In this document: positions 55,950 to 64,000 of the stretch, piece by piece
Position numbering within the stretch: the stretch's first letter is position 1
Layout of the letters: every line of letters starts with the position of its first letter
IMG/VR virus record: IMGVR_UViG_3300044608_002890
Direction: 5' to 3' (one strand)
From: a virus
DNA length: 64,000 nt
Notes under the pieces: model-generated
Seen by the model: the letters and a program-made list of their open reading frames with translations, nothing else
Databases searched by the model: none
What the model was told of the DNA's origin: nothing
Position numbers and translations under genes: made by a program

Positions 55950-58169
55950 ATGGAAAACCGAGGTATTCTAGCCCGTCTCATGGCTGTGGAGAACATTACA
56001 GTCGAACATCGCAACATCGAAACTGCTAGTTTCGATGTACTAAATCGTGTGCTCACCCTTCCGACCTGGAAGGCCATGAGCCCCGAGCTCTATGACATGT
56101 TGAGAGCTCATGAAGTTGGTCATGCTCTGGAGACGCCTGCACAGGGTTGGCATGGTACGGTCATTGCTGATCGACGCCTAAAAAGTTTCCTCAACGTAGT
56201 CGAAGATGCTCGCATTGAACGTTTGATCAAGAATCGTTTTCCTGGTCTGCGTCCTAGTTTCGTCAAAGGCTACAAGGAATTGTACGACCAAGACTTTTTT
56301 GGTACGGCCAATAAAAAACTAGACACTCTGCTGCTGGTTGACCGCATCAATTTGCATTTCAAGATTGGCAGTCATCTAAATGTTCCCTTTGACGACTACG
56401 AACAGACCATTGTCGATCGTGTAGCACAAGCTCGTACCTGGGATGATGTTGTGGCCCTGGCCAAGGAAATCTATGACTTCGATGCCGAAGAGCTCAAGCG
56501 TCAAATCGAAGAAAGTCTTGATGCTCAACGCATGCTTTCGGATGGTTTGGGTGATTTGGAATACGACGAAGATGCCGAAGGCCTAGAATCCGAAGAAGAA
56601 GCCGAAGGCGAAACTTCCGATGAACGCCACAAGGTTGGCGGCGATGGTGCCAGTGGTAATGTACATACTCCTGGTCGCAAGGTACTAGATGATTGGTATG
56701 AGTTTAGAAGCGAAACTGATGGTCCAGAAAGCATGACCGACACCATATTCAGACAACGCGAAACAGAACTGCTGGATGAAAAAACTCTGCCCAGAATCTA
56801 TGTTGACGTTCCAACGGCTAACCTAGACAACATCATTGTTCCGCATAAAGTCGTAGCCGATCAATTTAAATTTGTTGCTCTGGAAGGCGCAGAAATTGAC
56901 CAGCATCTCAAGAACAACTTGAAATTTCCAGAGTACAAGGCAGACTTCATGTTGCGCAACAGTAGATTTGTTGATCACATGGTGCGCGAATTCGAGATCA
57001 AACGCAATGCTCGTCAGATGGCCAGAGCCGGCAGTGCCAAGACAGGTGCATTGAACCTCAAGAAGGTACATCAATACAAGTTGACCGATGACCTGTTCCA
57101 ACGGCTAACAGTTGTACCCAAAGGCAAGAATCATGGCATGATCATGATGTTTGATCAGAGCGGCAGCATGGGCGAATACTATGGCCAGACTTTGGAACAG
57201 ATAGTTGTACTCAGCATGTTCTGTCGTAAGATTAATGTACCATTCCATGTCTATGGGTTTACCGACAATACCGATCATCTTCCCAACAACCAAAGATATG
57301 TTGAGCGTGCAAGTTTCTCAAGCAACGTTGGTGAAATTGCTTTCCATGGTCGGAATTATTTTACTCTGCGCGAATATTTTTCACATACACAGACATCAAC
57401 AGAATTCAAAGCCATGGTGGACAGAGTTTTGATATTGGCTGCTAGTTGGCGTAGGCGTAGTAGCTACATGGTTAGCATGTTGCCCTTGAGCGAACGTCTG
57501 TGTGGTACTCCCTTGAACGAAGCCATTGCCAGTCTCATAGAAATGGTTCCGGCCTTCAAAAAAGCTCATAGGTTGGACATTGTAAACACCATTCTGCTTA
57601 CCGATGGTGAAAGCAACAATGCTCTGAGTTCTTTTGTTGCCAATACAGATACCACTGAAAATTCACGACCCAAGACCGCAAACTATGTACATCGTTATGC
57701 TGGCTCAACTTATCTTTGCTTTAGGCACAAGGTCAGCAAATTAGAAGTGCAGACTTTGACCCATCACGACAATCGTGATGCAAGAACTACTGCGGCCTTG
57801 CTGCGGTTGATGTCCTCAATTACGGGTGCCCGTACCATTGGCTACTTTATTTCCGAAGGACACCGCAATCGTTTGCGTGAATGGTACAAAAGCAATCATG
57901 AACTATCCAATCCTAATTCCGAAGAAACTTTTGCCGAGTCAGCCGCTCTTGAAATTAGAAAACATGGTTATTGGTTATCCAAGGATGAACTGTTGACTGG
58001 TTACAAGAACTATTTCAGAGTAAGCGGTAAGTTCCTGGACTTCAAAGAAGAATCGTTGGAAGTTGATAGTGCAAATACCAAGGATCTTCGCAAGGCATTT
58101 GCCAAGTTACATGGTGACAAACGCAAGCATCGTTTACTTCTTAGTAATTTTATTGAGCAGATTGCTTGA
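55950..58169 (+). CDS. HExxH-containing vWA-domain protein (CobT-like partner of a MoxR-type ATPase)
   Basis: N-terminal HEVGH and LNVVEDARIE; MIDAS elements DQSGS, GTP and LTDGE. Confidence 0.8.
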   Translation: MENRGILARLMAVENITVEHRNIETASFDVLNRVLTLPTWKAMSPELYDMLRAHEVGHALETPAQGWHGTVIADRRLKSFLNVVEDARIERLIKNRFPGLRPSFVKGYKELYDQDFFGTANKKLDTLLLVDRINLHFKIGSHLNVPFDDYEQTIVDRVAQARTWDDVVALAKEIYDFDAEELKRQIEESLDAQRMLSDGLGDLEYDEDAEGLESEEEAEGETSDERHKVGGDGASGNVHTPGRKVLDDWYEFRSETDGPESMTDTIFRQRETELLDEKTLPRIYVDVPTANLDNIIVPHKVVADQFKFVALEGAEIDQHLKNNLKFPEYKADFMLRNSRFVDHMVREFEIKRNARQMARAGSAKTGALNLKKVHQYKLTDDLFQRLTVVPKGKNHGMIMMFDQSGSMGEYYGQTLEQIVVLSMFCRKINVPFHVYGFTDNTDHLPNNQRYVERASFSSNVGEIAFHGRNYFTLREYFSHTQTSTEFKAMVDRVLILAASWRRRSSYMVSMLPLSERLCGTPLNEAIASLIEMVPAFKKAHRLDIVNTILLTDGESNNALSSFVANTDTTENSRPKTANYVHRYAGSTYLCFRHKVSKLEVQTLTHHDNRDARTTAALLRLMSSITGARTIGYFISEGHRNRLREWYKSNHELSNPNSEETFAESAALEIRKHGYWLSKDELLTGYKNYFRVSGKFLDFKEESLEVDSANTKDLRKAFAKLHGDKRKHRLLLSNFIEQIA

Positions 58170-58194
58170 CAGTCGAAGAAATTCGTGCTAGAAT
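58166..58194 (+). promoter_or_regulatory. sigma70-type (early) promoter TTGACA-17 bp-TAGAAT with extended -10 TG
   Basis: Overlaps the vWA gene stop; upstream of GGAG and ATG 58221. Confidence 0.8.
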
Positions 58195-58220
58195 AGCATT
58201 ACATATATCATGGAGCCTGT

Positions 58221-59402
58221 ATGAAATACACTGATCTTAGCAAAAAGTCCCTGGTTGAAAAGCTTCTTTCGGACAATGGTCCCAGGGTCGATCGCCGTAC
58301 CATCGAAGCCGCAGCCCAGGCCATGGGCTTGCCTTTTCCCAGATTCATCATCGACAACAACAATCTTAAGGTTGGTCGTGGCATTTGGGATCTTGGTAAT
58401 TTTGATCCCGCTGTCCCTGCACCTGTTGCTAGTTATGAGCAACTAGCTGCACCAGCCCTGGCTGCTTCGGTTACGGCCATTGAGACTGTGCGCCAAAAGC
58501 GACTCATGAATGAGTTTGTTGATCTAGTTCCCGAAGAAGATGCTAACTTTGTTAGCCATGGCTTCTTCAGGGACCTTACTCAGATCATTCGCAGCAAGGA
58601 TTTCTTTCCGGTGTTCATTACGGGCCTGAGCGGCAATGGCAAAACCAGCATGGTTGAGCAGGTATGTGCTCGCCTAAAACGCGAAATGTTTCGTGTGAAC
58701 ATCAGCATTGAGACCGACGAAGACGATCTCATTGGTGGTGCTACGCTGGTGGATGGTAACGTTGTATATCGTGAAGGTCCAGTGTTGACTGCCATGCGTC
58801 GTGGTGCAGTGTTGTTGCTTGACGAAGTCGATCGTGGCAGCAACAAGTTGCTTTGCTTGCAGAGTGTGCTAGAAGGTAAGTCCTACCTGAATAAAAAGAC
58901 TGGTGAAGTAGTTCGTCCAGCTCCGGGCTTTACGGTGGTTGCCACAGCCAATACCAAGGGTCGTGGTACTGAAGATGGCAAGTACATTGCTGCGCAGATC
59001 CTGGACGAAGCATTCCTGGAGCGTTTCAGCATCACAGTCGAGCAAGAATATGCTGAACCCAAGGTAGAGAAAAAGATAGTCATGAACTACATGGCTAAAT
59101 ACAACATATCAGATGAAGATTTTGCTTCGAAGCTTGTGGCTTGGGCCGATATCATTCGCCGTACTCATTCCGAAGGCGGTGTGGATGAAATTATTAGTAC
59201 CCGCCGTCTGGTGGATGTGGTCAAGACCTTCAGTAAGTTCAATGATCGTAAAAAAGCCATTGAGCTCTGTACCAACCGTTTCGATGAAGAAACCAAGTTA
59301 GCCTTCCGTGAACTGTATGCCAAATTGGAAGCTCCTCCGGTCCCCGAAGAAGTTGCTCCAGCAGCTCCTTCTGTAGACCCCAGTGTAGAGATTCCTTTCT
59401 AA
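58221..59402 (+). CDS. MoxR/CobS-like AAA+ ATPase
   Basis: GLSGNGKT, LLLDE, ATANTKGRG, DEAFLERF, STRRL; typical 'cobS' of T4-like marine phages. Confidence 0.9.
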   Translation: MKYTDLSKKSLVEKLLSDNGPRVDRRTIEAAAQAMGLPFPRFIIDNNNLKVGRGIWDLGNFDPAVPAPVASYEQLAAPALAASVTAIETVRQKRLMNEFVDLVPEEDANFVSHGFFRDLTQIIRSKDFFPVFITGLSGNGKTSMVEQVCARLKREMFRVNISIETDEDDLIGGATLVDGNVVYREGPVLTAMRRGAVLLLDEVDRGSNKLLCLQSVLEGKSYLNKKTGEVVRPAPGFTVVATANTKGRGTEDGKYIAAQILDEAFLERFSITVEQEYAEPKVEKKIVMNYMAKYNISDEDFASKLVAWADIIRRTHSEGGVDEIISTRRLVDVVKTFSKFNDRKKAIELCTNRFDEETKLAFRELYAKLEAPPVPEEVAPAAPSVDPSVEIPF

Positions 59403-59410
59403 GGAGTATT

Positions 59411-60127
59411 ATGCAAAGTCTTAAGAATGATAAACATGTTCTGACGGTCATCACGCCCACCATTGGGCGTGATATTTTGGATCGTCAGATTGAGAGCATT
59501 GATGCACAGACCGTAGCCGGTCAAATTTTTCACCTCATCATGTGGGATGAAAAGCGAATCGATGCAGGCATAGACCCCATGTCCTACAACGGTCCCAATC
59601 GTTACAGCATGGTCTTGCCCTGGGGGTTGGGACGGTACAAAGGAGCTCCAGGATCTAGTTTGAGAGCCGTAGCACTCATGGCTGCTAATACTACTTGGGT
59701 AACATTCGCTGACGATGATGTAGTATGGCGACCGACGCATGCTGAAAGCATGCTTAGAGCTGCCAACGGCCATCATTGGGCCGCTTGTCTGCGTCACATC
59801 TATGCACCAGGATCAGGTACCAGATTCCAAGAACAAGGGCGTGGTGAATATCTGGGCATAGACAGATTTGAGAGTGTGGGCGATGATCCAAATCGCAACG
59901 TACCCTATGAAATGATAGATAATAATTGCCTGATGTTCAATCGCATTCTGGGTGTGCATGCTGCACATCTGTATCGCCTGATCGAAGGTCCTGGTGATGA
60001 CCGACACTTTTATGCCTTCATGAAGCAAAATGCCGGACCCTTGGCACGTACCAACGAAGCCACCATCGAACATACATGCCCAGACCATCTCATAGACTTC
60101 TTTAGTCAAAACTGCAGCAAGGAATAG
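59411..60127 (+). CDS. GT2-like glycosyltransferase
   Basis: LTVITPTIGR..WVTFADDD (DxD)..GDD. Confidence 0.75.
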   Translation: MQSLKNDKHVLTVITPTIGRDILDRQIESIDAQTVAGQIFHLIMWDEKRIDAGIDPMSYNGPNRYSMVLPWGLGRYKGAPGSSLRAVALMAANTTWVTFADDDVVWRPTHAESMLRAANGHHWAACLRHIYAPGSGTRFQEQGRGEYLGIDRFESVGDDPNRNVPYEMIDNNCLMFNRILGVHAAHLYRLIEGPGDDRHFYAFMKQNAGPLARTNEATIEHTCPDHLIDFFSQNCSKE

Positions 60128-60129
60128 AC

Positions 60130-60840
60130 ATGTCCAACAAATACATTTGCTATAGCTTCTGGGGAGAAGACGAGCGTTTCAGTCTAGGCGCAGTTAAAAA
60201 TGCCGAACTAGCTCGTACACATCTGCCAGACTGGCAGGTCATCATGTATCATGATGACACTGTTCCCACCAAGTATATTCGTATACTTAACAACATGAGT
60301 CATGTAGAGGTTCGCAACATAGCCACCATAGATCCAGGCTATAAGATGGTGCACGGAGCATTCTGGCGTTTCTTGCCCATGTTTGAACGCGAAGGCCATT
60401 TTATCATGCGAGACACCGACAGCCGACTGACCAAGCGTGAAGCAAGGGCCGTTGAAGAATGGGTGAGCTCGGATCGTACCTTTCATGTAATTCGCGATCA
60501 TGAAGCCCATTATGAATGGCCAGTATTGGCAGGCATGTGGGGCATCAAAGGTGTAGTACATCCTTTCTTTCATGAACAAATGAAAAAGTATTGGCTGGCC
60601 AACTTTTATACAGTTGACCAGGTTTATTTGGCACAGGTACTTTGGCCAGCAGTCCAGCAGAGTGTGCTGGTTCATGGCATGCGTGAAGGTGGTTGGTTTG
60701 CCGACACCAGAAAGAATGTTGGCTACAATTTTGTTGGTGAGGGTTGGTATGAAGATGACACACCAATCTATAGCTTTGACATGCCCAGCCGTAAGTTCAA
60801 CAAGGGGCAAGAGAAAAACGTCTATAATTCGAGTCTGTAA
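60130..60840 (+). CDS. conserved glycosyltransferase-like hypothetical protein
   Basis: ICYSFWG..GAVKNA..FWRFLP..RDTDSRL..EARAVEEW..HVIRDH..LAGMWG..DQVYL; lies in a glycan cluster. Confidence 0.55.
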   Translation: MSNKYICYSFWGEDERFSLGAVKNAELARTHLPDWQVIMYHDDTVPTKYIRILNNMSHVEVRNIATIDPGYKMVHGAFWRFLPMFEREGHFIMRDTDSRLTKREARAVEEWVSSDRTFHVIRDHEAHYEWPVLAGMWGIKGVVHPFFHEQMKKYWLANFYTVDQVYLAQVLWPAVQQSVLVHGMREGGWFADTRKNVGYNFVGEGWYEDDTPIYSFDMPSRKFNKGQEKNVYNSSL

Positions 60841-61529
60841 TGTTCAAAAGATTATTAGTCTACCATCATTTAGGTCTTGGTGACCATTTTATTTGCAACG
60901 CACTTGTACATCATTTTGCGGAAAACTTTGCCGAAGAAATATGGTTGCCAGTCAAAGAAGCTAATCTACCAACTGTCAAGCATCTCTATGAAGATCATGA
61001 AAACATCAAAATCATAAGTACTTCGGAAAATGAATATCATAAAGAGATTCTTGGTATAAATAACCTCAGCACCCAATACAATGTACCTTTGCTTAAAATT
61101 GGTTTCAATGGCGACAACAGCAAAGAATTTGATCGCTCATTCTATGACCAAGTTGGTTTGGATTTTGACCTTAGATGGGCCGGATTCAAAGCTCCGTATA
61201 ATGATCAATCAGCCATGGATTTCTACAATGAGATCATAGGCAATGGTGAGCCCTATGCTCTGGTTCATGATACTGGCAGCATAGGATCTTTCAATTTGAA
61301 TCTAGATACAAATCTACGCATCATTAAAATACAGGCTGGTCTCACCGACAGTCTTTTGAACTGGAAATCTATCATAGAAAATGCCGAAGAAATTCATTGC
61401 ATAGACAGCAGCGTAATTCATCTTGTTGATAGTCTTAGGGTTGGGGCTTCTAGGTTAGTATTTCATGATGTTGGTCGACCAAGTAAATTCAACTTATTTT
61501 ATGAGTGGGAGCGAAAGACATATAAATGA
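60840..61529 (+). CDS. GT-B-like glycosyltransferase-like hypothetical protein
   Basis: HHLGLGDHFICNALV..IIENAEEIHCIDSSVIHL resembles GT9-like GLGD and xDSS motifs. Confidence 0.5.
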   Translation: MFKRLLVYHHLGLGDHFICNALVHHFAENFAEEIWLPVKEANLPTVKHLYEDHENIKIISTSENEYHKEILGINNLSTQYNVPLLKIGFNGDNSKEFDRSFYDQVGLDFDLRWAGFKAPYNDQSAMDFYNEIIGNGEPYALVHDTGSIGSFNLNLDTNLRIIKIQAGLTDSLLNWKSIIENAEEIHCIDSSVIHLVDSLRVGASRLVFHDVGRPSKFNLFYEWERKTYK

Positions 61530-62248
61530 TGAACATTGTCATACCCATGGCCGGACTGGGCAGTAGATTTGCCGAAGCTGGTTTTAGTATCCCCAAGCCG
61601 CTGATTCCGGTCAATGGCGAAGCAATGATCAGCAAAGCAGTTAAAAGCCTAAACCTACAGGGCCAGTATTATTTTATACTGTCAAGTAATTCTTATACCA
61701 AGCACATAATAGAAGTACTTGAAAGCATCGTCAAAAAACCGCATTTTTGCATCATAGATTATGTTACAAACGGTCCAGCTTCCTCAGTGCAGTTGGTTAG
61801 CGAACATATAAATAATTCTGATGAACTAGTTGTTGCCAACTGTGACCAGATCATGACCTGGAACAGTGCAGCATTTTTACATAATGCCAGACTATACGAT
61901 GGTTGTTTAGTGACCTATCATTCGGATACTACTAAAAATAGTTATGCTAAACTCAATGCCAAGGGTCTAGTAACTGAAGTCCGAGAAAAACAAGTTATTA
62001 GTAACGTAAGTCTTAACGGTATCCACTATTGGAAGCAGGGTCGGTATTTTTGCGACTCATATGAAGCCATGGTCCAAAATAATGATACAGCACCTAATGG
62101 TGAGTTTTATGTAGGACCTTCGTACAACTATATGATTAGAAATAACAGGATAGTAGGTATCTATCATATTCCTAACGAACAACATCATCCAGTAGGTGTG
62201 CCCGATGATCTTAAAGCATATCTACAGTTTGAGAATAACACCTTATGA
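61526..62248 (+). CDS. sugar-phosphate nucleotidyltransferase-like protein (NTP_transferase fold)
   Basis: IVIPMAGLGSRF..PKPLI..TNGPA..ANCDQ..SYAK..EVREK..NGEFYVGPSYN. Confidence 0.85.
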   Translation: MMNIVIPMAGLGSRFAEAGFSIPKPLIPVNGEAMISKAVKSLNLQGQYYFILSSNSYTKHIIEVLESIVKKPHFCIIDYVTNGPASSVQLVSEHINNSDELVVANCDQIMTWNSAAFLHNARLYDGCLVTYHSDTTKNSYAKLNAKGLVTEVREKQVISNVSLNGIHYWKQGRYFCDSYEAMVQNNDTAPNGEFYVGPSYNYMIRNNRIVGIYHIPNEQHHPVGVPDDLKAYLQFENNTL

Positions 62249-62260
62249 AAGAAGGAGAAG

Positions 62261-62953
62261 ATGGCAACAGATCTTGAAAAAATTGAAGCGTTTTTAGTCT
62301 ATGAGGTTGGAATTTGTCCAACCAATGACAATCATTTTGGTGGCAATCCAGAAGCACAGGCACAGTTAAATTTAAAAATTCAACAGCGTCCAGCTGAGCT
62401 AGCCAATTTGATTTATTTTCTTTTTAACAGAAAAGCGGCCGGTGAAAAGCTAGACTATTATGCTGAGATAGGTGCCTGTTCTGGTGGTACTACATTCTCC
62501 ATAAACAAATTTTTAAACTTCAAAGAGTTGTTGATTATTGATGACGGTGGAGCTGAAGCCGTTCATTATATCAATGCACGTGGCAATCAACTAAGAAGTC
62601 AAAATCTAGGTACAATTCCTCGCATAGAAATCATAGGTTCCTCTGCTGAACAGCGTGTCATTGACATGAGCAAACATATAGCTAGCAAACAACTATATGA
62701 CATTCTTTTTATTGATGGTGATCATAGCTATGAAGGTGTAAAAAATGATACTATTAATTACCTATCCATAGTTAGGTCTGGCGGTTATGTAATTTTTCAT
62801 GACACTAACCACATCAAAGGCATCATGGATTGGATGCAAGAAATACCATCGAGAGTTCCTGAATTAGAATTTGTTAATAAATTTAGTTTTAAAGACTCAT
62901 ACACAGATAGATTTCCAACTGGTATAGGAATTACTATTTTCAGAAAGTCATAG
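62261..62953 (+). CDS. class I SAM methyltransferase (Methyltransf_24-like)
   Basis: AEIGACSGGT, DILFIDGDHSYEGVKND, GGYVIFHD. Confidence 0.85.
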   Translation: MATDLEKIEAFLVYEVGICPTNDNHFGGNPEAQAQLNLKIQQRPAELANLIYFLFNRKAAGEKLDYYAEIGACSGGTTFSINKFLNFKELLIIDDGGAEAVHYINARGNQLRSQNLGTIPRIEIIGSSAEQRVIDMSKHIASKQLYDILFIDGDHSYEGVKNDTINYLSIVRSGGYVIFHDTNHIKGIMDWMQEIPSRVPELEFVNKFSFKDSYTDRFPTGIGITIFRKS

Positions 62954-62954
62954 C

Positions 62955-63278
62955 ATGCAAGTAATGAAGTTGACAGATTTTACTAGAGGATGGTTCATAG
63001 GAAATTTTGACCCTAGTATTTTAAAAACCAAAGATTTCGAAGTTGGCGTTCTCACGCACAAAAAACATGAAGTATGGCCCAGACACTATCATAAAATTGG
63101 TACAGAGTATAATGTATTAGTTTCAGGAAGTATGACAGTGGCCAATACCCTTATTGGTCCTGGTGATGTATTTGTGTTTAATCCCCTGGACGTTGCTGAT
63201 CCTGTTTTTCATGAAGATTGTATTGTGGTATGCGTAAAGGTACCCAGTATACCTGGAGATAAGTATGAACTTGTTTAA
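62955..63278 (+). CDS. small cupin-fold protein
   Basis: FTRGWFIGNFDPS..FEVGV..HYHKIGTEYN..GDVFVFNP..VCVKVPS. Confidence 0.7.
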   Translation: MQVMKLTDFTRGWFIGNFDPSILKTKDFEVGVLTHKKHEVWPRHYHKIGTEYNVLVSGSMTVANTLIGPGDVFVFNPLDVADPVFHEDCIVVCVKVPSIPGDKYELV

Positions 63279-64000
63279 AGAAAAGAGTGAAATAGATTCA
63301 TCCAAATACTTTATAGCTACCTATGCTGCTATTTCAAAAACTACGCTCAAAGAATTGGCCTGGGATATAGCGGTTGGACAAAGTGTAGGTAACCCCAATG
63401 TTAGAAGTAAATGGGAAGACGATGCGTTATTTGAAACACATAGCTGTCTCATCCTAAACAATCAACAAGAGCTTGAAAACACTAACCGTGGCATCATAGA
63501 GATTGCTTTTCCGGTAGCCAACATAGACCTAGAGACCGACGGCGTTAATCATTTAATCTGTCAGCTCATGGGTGGGCATACTGACATAGATATCGTTCAG
63601 AGATGCAGGCTCATTGATCTAGACTTGCCCGATTGCATGAAAACAGTTTTCAAAGGACCTAAATTTGGTCTTTCAGGGCTAAGAAAAATAACTGGTAATT
63701 ATAACAAGCCCTTGTTGGGCGGCATAATTAAACCTAAAATTGTACATAAGAAACATGTGCTTGAAGATATGGTCAGAGCACTCATAGATGGAGGTGTCGA
63801 TTTCATCAAAGAAGATGAAATCATGAGCAGTGTACCTCATCTTCCTCTGGAGCAACGTGTAGACATAGTTGCCAATCTACTTGCCAAAGCAAACTATAAG
63901 CTGGCCTATTGTCATACCATCAATTGCGATCCGCATGATTTACAAAATCGCATCAACACAGTTGTTGAATTGGGCGGCAATGGGGTTCATATCAACATTT
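63265..64000 (+). CDS. RuBisCO-like protein (form IV-type), 5' part, truncated by the window edge
   Basis: Open from ATG 63265 to the end of the window: MNLFKEK..IAVGQSVG..IAFPVANID..GPKFGLSGLR..PLLGGIIKPK..GGVDFIKEDEIM..GVHINI. Missed by the ORF track because it has no stop. Confidence 0.88.
   Translation, partial: MNLFKEKSEIDSSKYFIATYAAISKTTLKELAWDIAVGQSVGNPNVRSKWEDDALFETHSCLILNNQQELENTNRGIIEIAFPVANIDLETDGVNHLICQLMGGHTDIDIVQRCRLIDLDLPDCMKTVFKGPKFGLSGLRKITGNYNKPLLGGIIKPKIVHKKHVLEDMVRALIDGGVDFIKEDEIMSSVPHLPLEQRVDIVANLLAKANYKLAYCHTINCDPHDLQNRINTVVELGGNGVHINI

Noticed and set aside
55950-64000. vWA + AAA+ pair as a CbbO/CbbQ-type RuBisCO activase for the nearby RLP
   Set aside because: The same CobS/vWA module is common in T4-like phages regardless of RLP presence. 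It has separate early promoters and is separated from the RLP by six glycan genes, so proximity is not enough evidence.
63265-64000. True CO2-fixing RuBisCO (carbon-fixation AMG)
   Set aside because: The Glu60 and Asn123 motifs are not conserved (AVGQSVG, GGH), the catalytic motif is KEDE, and the context is sugar-nucleotide genes with no prk or cbb genes in the window.
1-64000. tRNA genes, introns, inteins or homing endonucleases
   Set aside because: No cloverleaf-like intergenic segment was seen. gp17, gp20, gp23, uvsW, gp46 and gp47 are uninterrupted and of normal length, and no HNH, GIY-YIG or LAGLIDADG motif was recognised.

Overview
The window is a 64 kb segment of a large T4-like myophage. 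It follows the cyanophage/pelagiphage-type gene order, every supported gene is on the + strand, and there is no sign of stop-codon recoding. From left to right it holds: (1) baseplate and fibre genes (a split VrlC/DUF4815-like protein, a repeat-rich fibre, a giant LamG protein, a tail fibre with a peptidase-S74 chaperone, and a glycine-rich adhesin-like protein) followed by two 2OG-Fe(II) oxygenases and a GT9-like protein; (2) the core virion module gp13-14-15-16-17-18-19-20-21-22-23, then gp3, uvsY, uvsW and the late sigma factor gp55; (3) a ~9 kb island between gp55 and gp47; (4) gp47/gp46, a peptide deformylase and a vWA + MoxR/CobS-like AAA+ pair; (5) a glycan cluster ending in a RuBisCO-like protein that runs off the window edge and was missed by the ORF track. 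The island encodes 7-deazaguanine synthesis and insertion (QueE, FolE, a QueD-like protein, a DpdA/TGT-like protein, a DpdL-like T-fold protein, YhhQ) and has no QueC in the window. These genes are translationally coupled to a GT4 glycosyltransferase that resembles the GTDC1/QTMAN queuosine-mannosyltransferase family, a GDP-mannose 4,6-dehydratase and a PMI-type cupin, with a DadA-like flavoprotein nearby. The best candidate for an undescribed system is therefore a sugar-hypermodified 7-deazaguanine DNA base. A candidate pseudoknot leader upstream of queD-yhhQ and the RuBisCO-like sugar pathway are the next best leads. All assignments come from motif recognition by eye; no searches were run.
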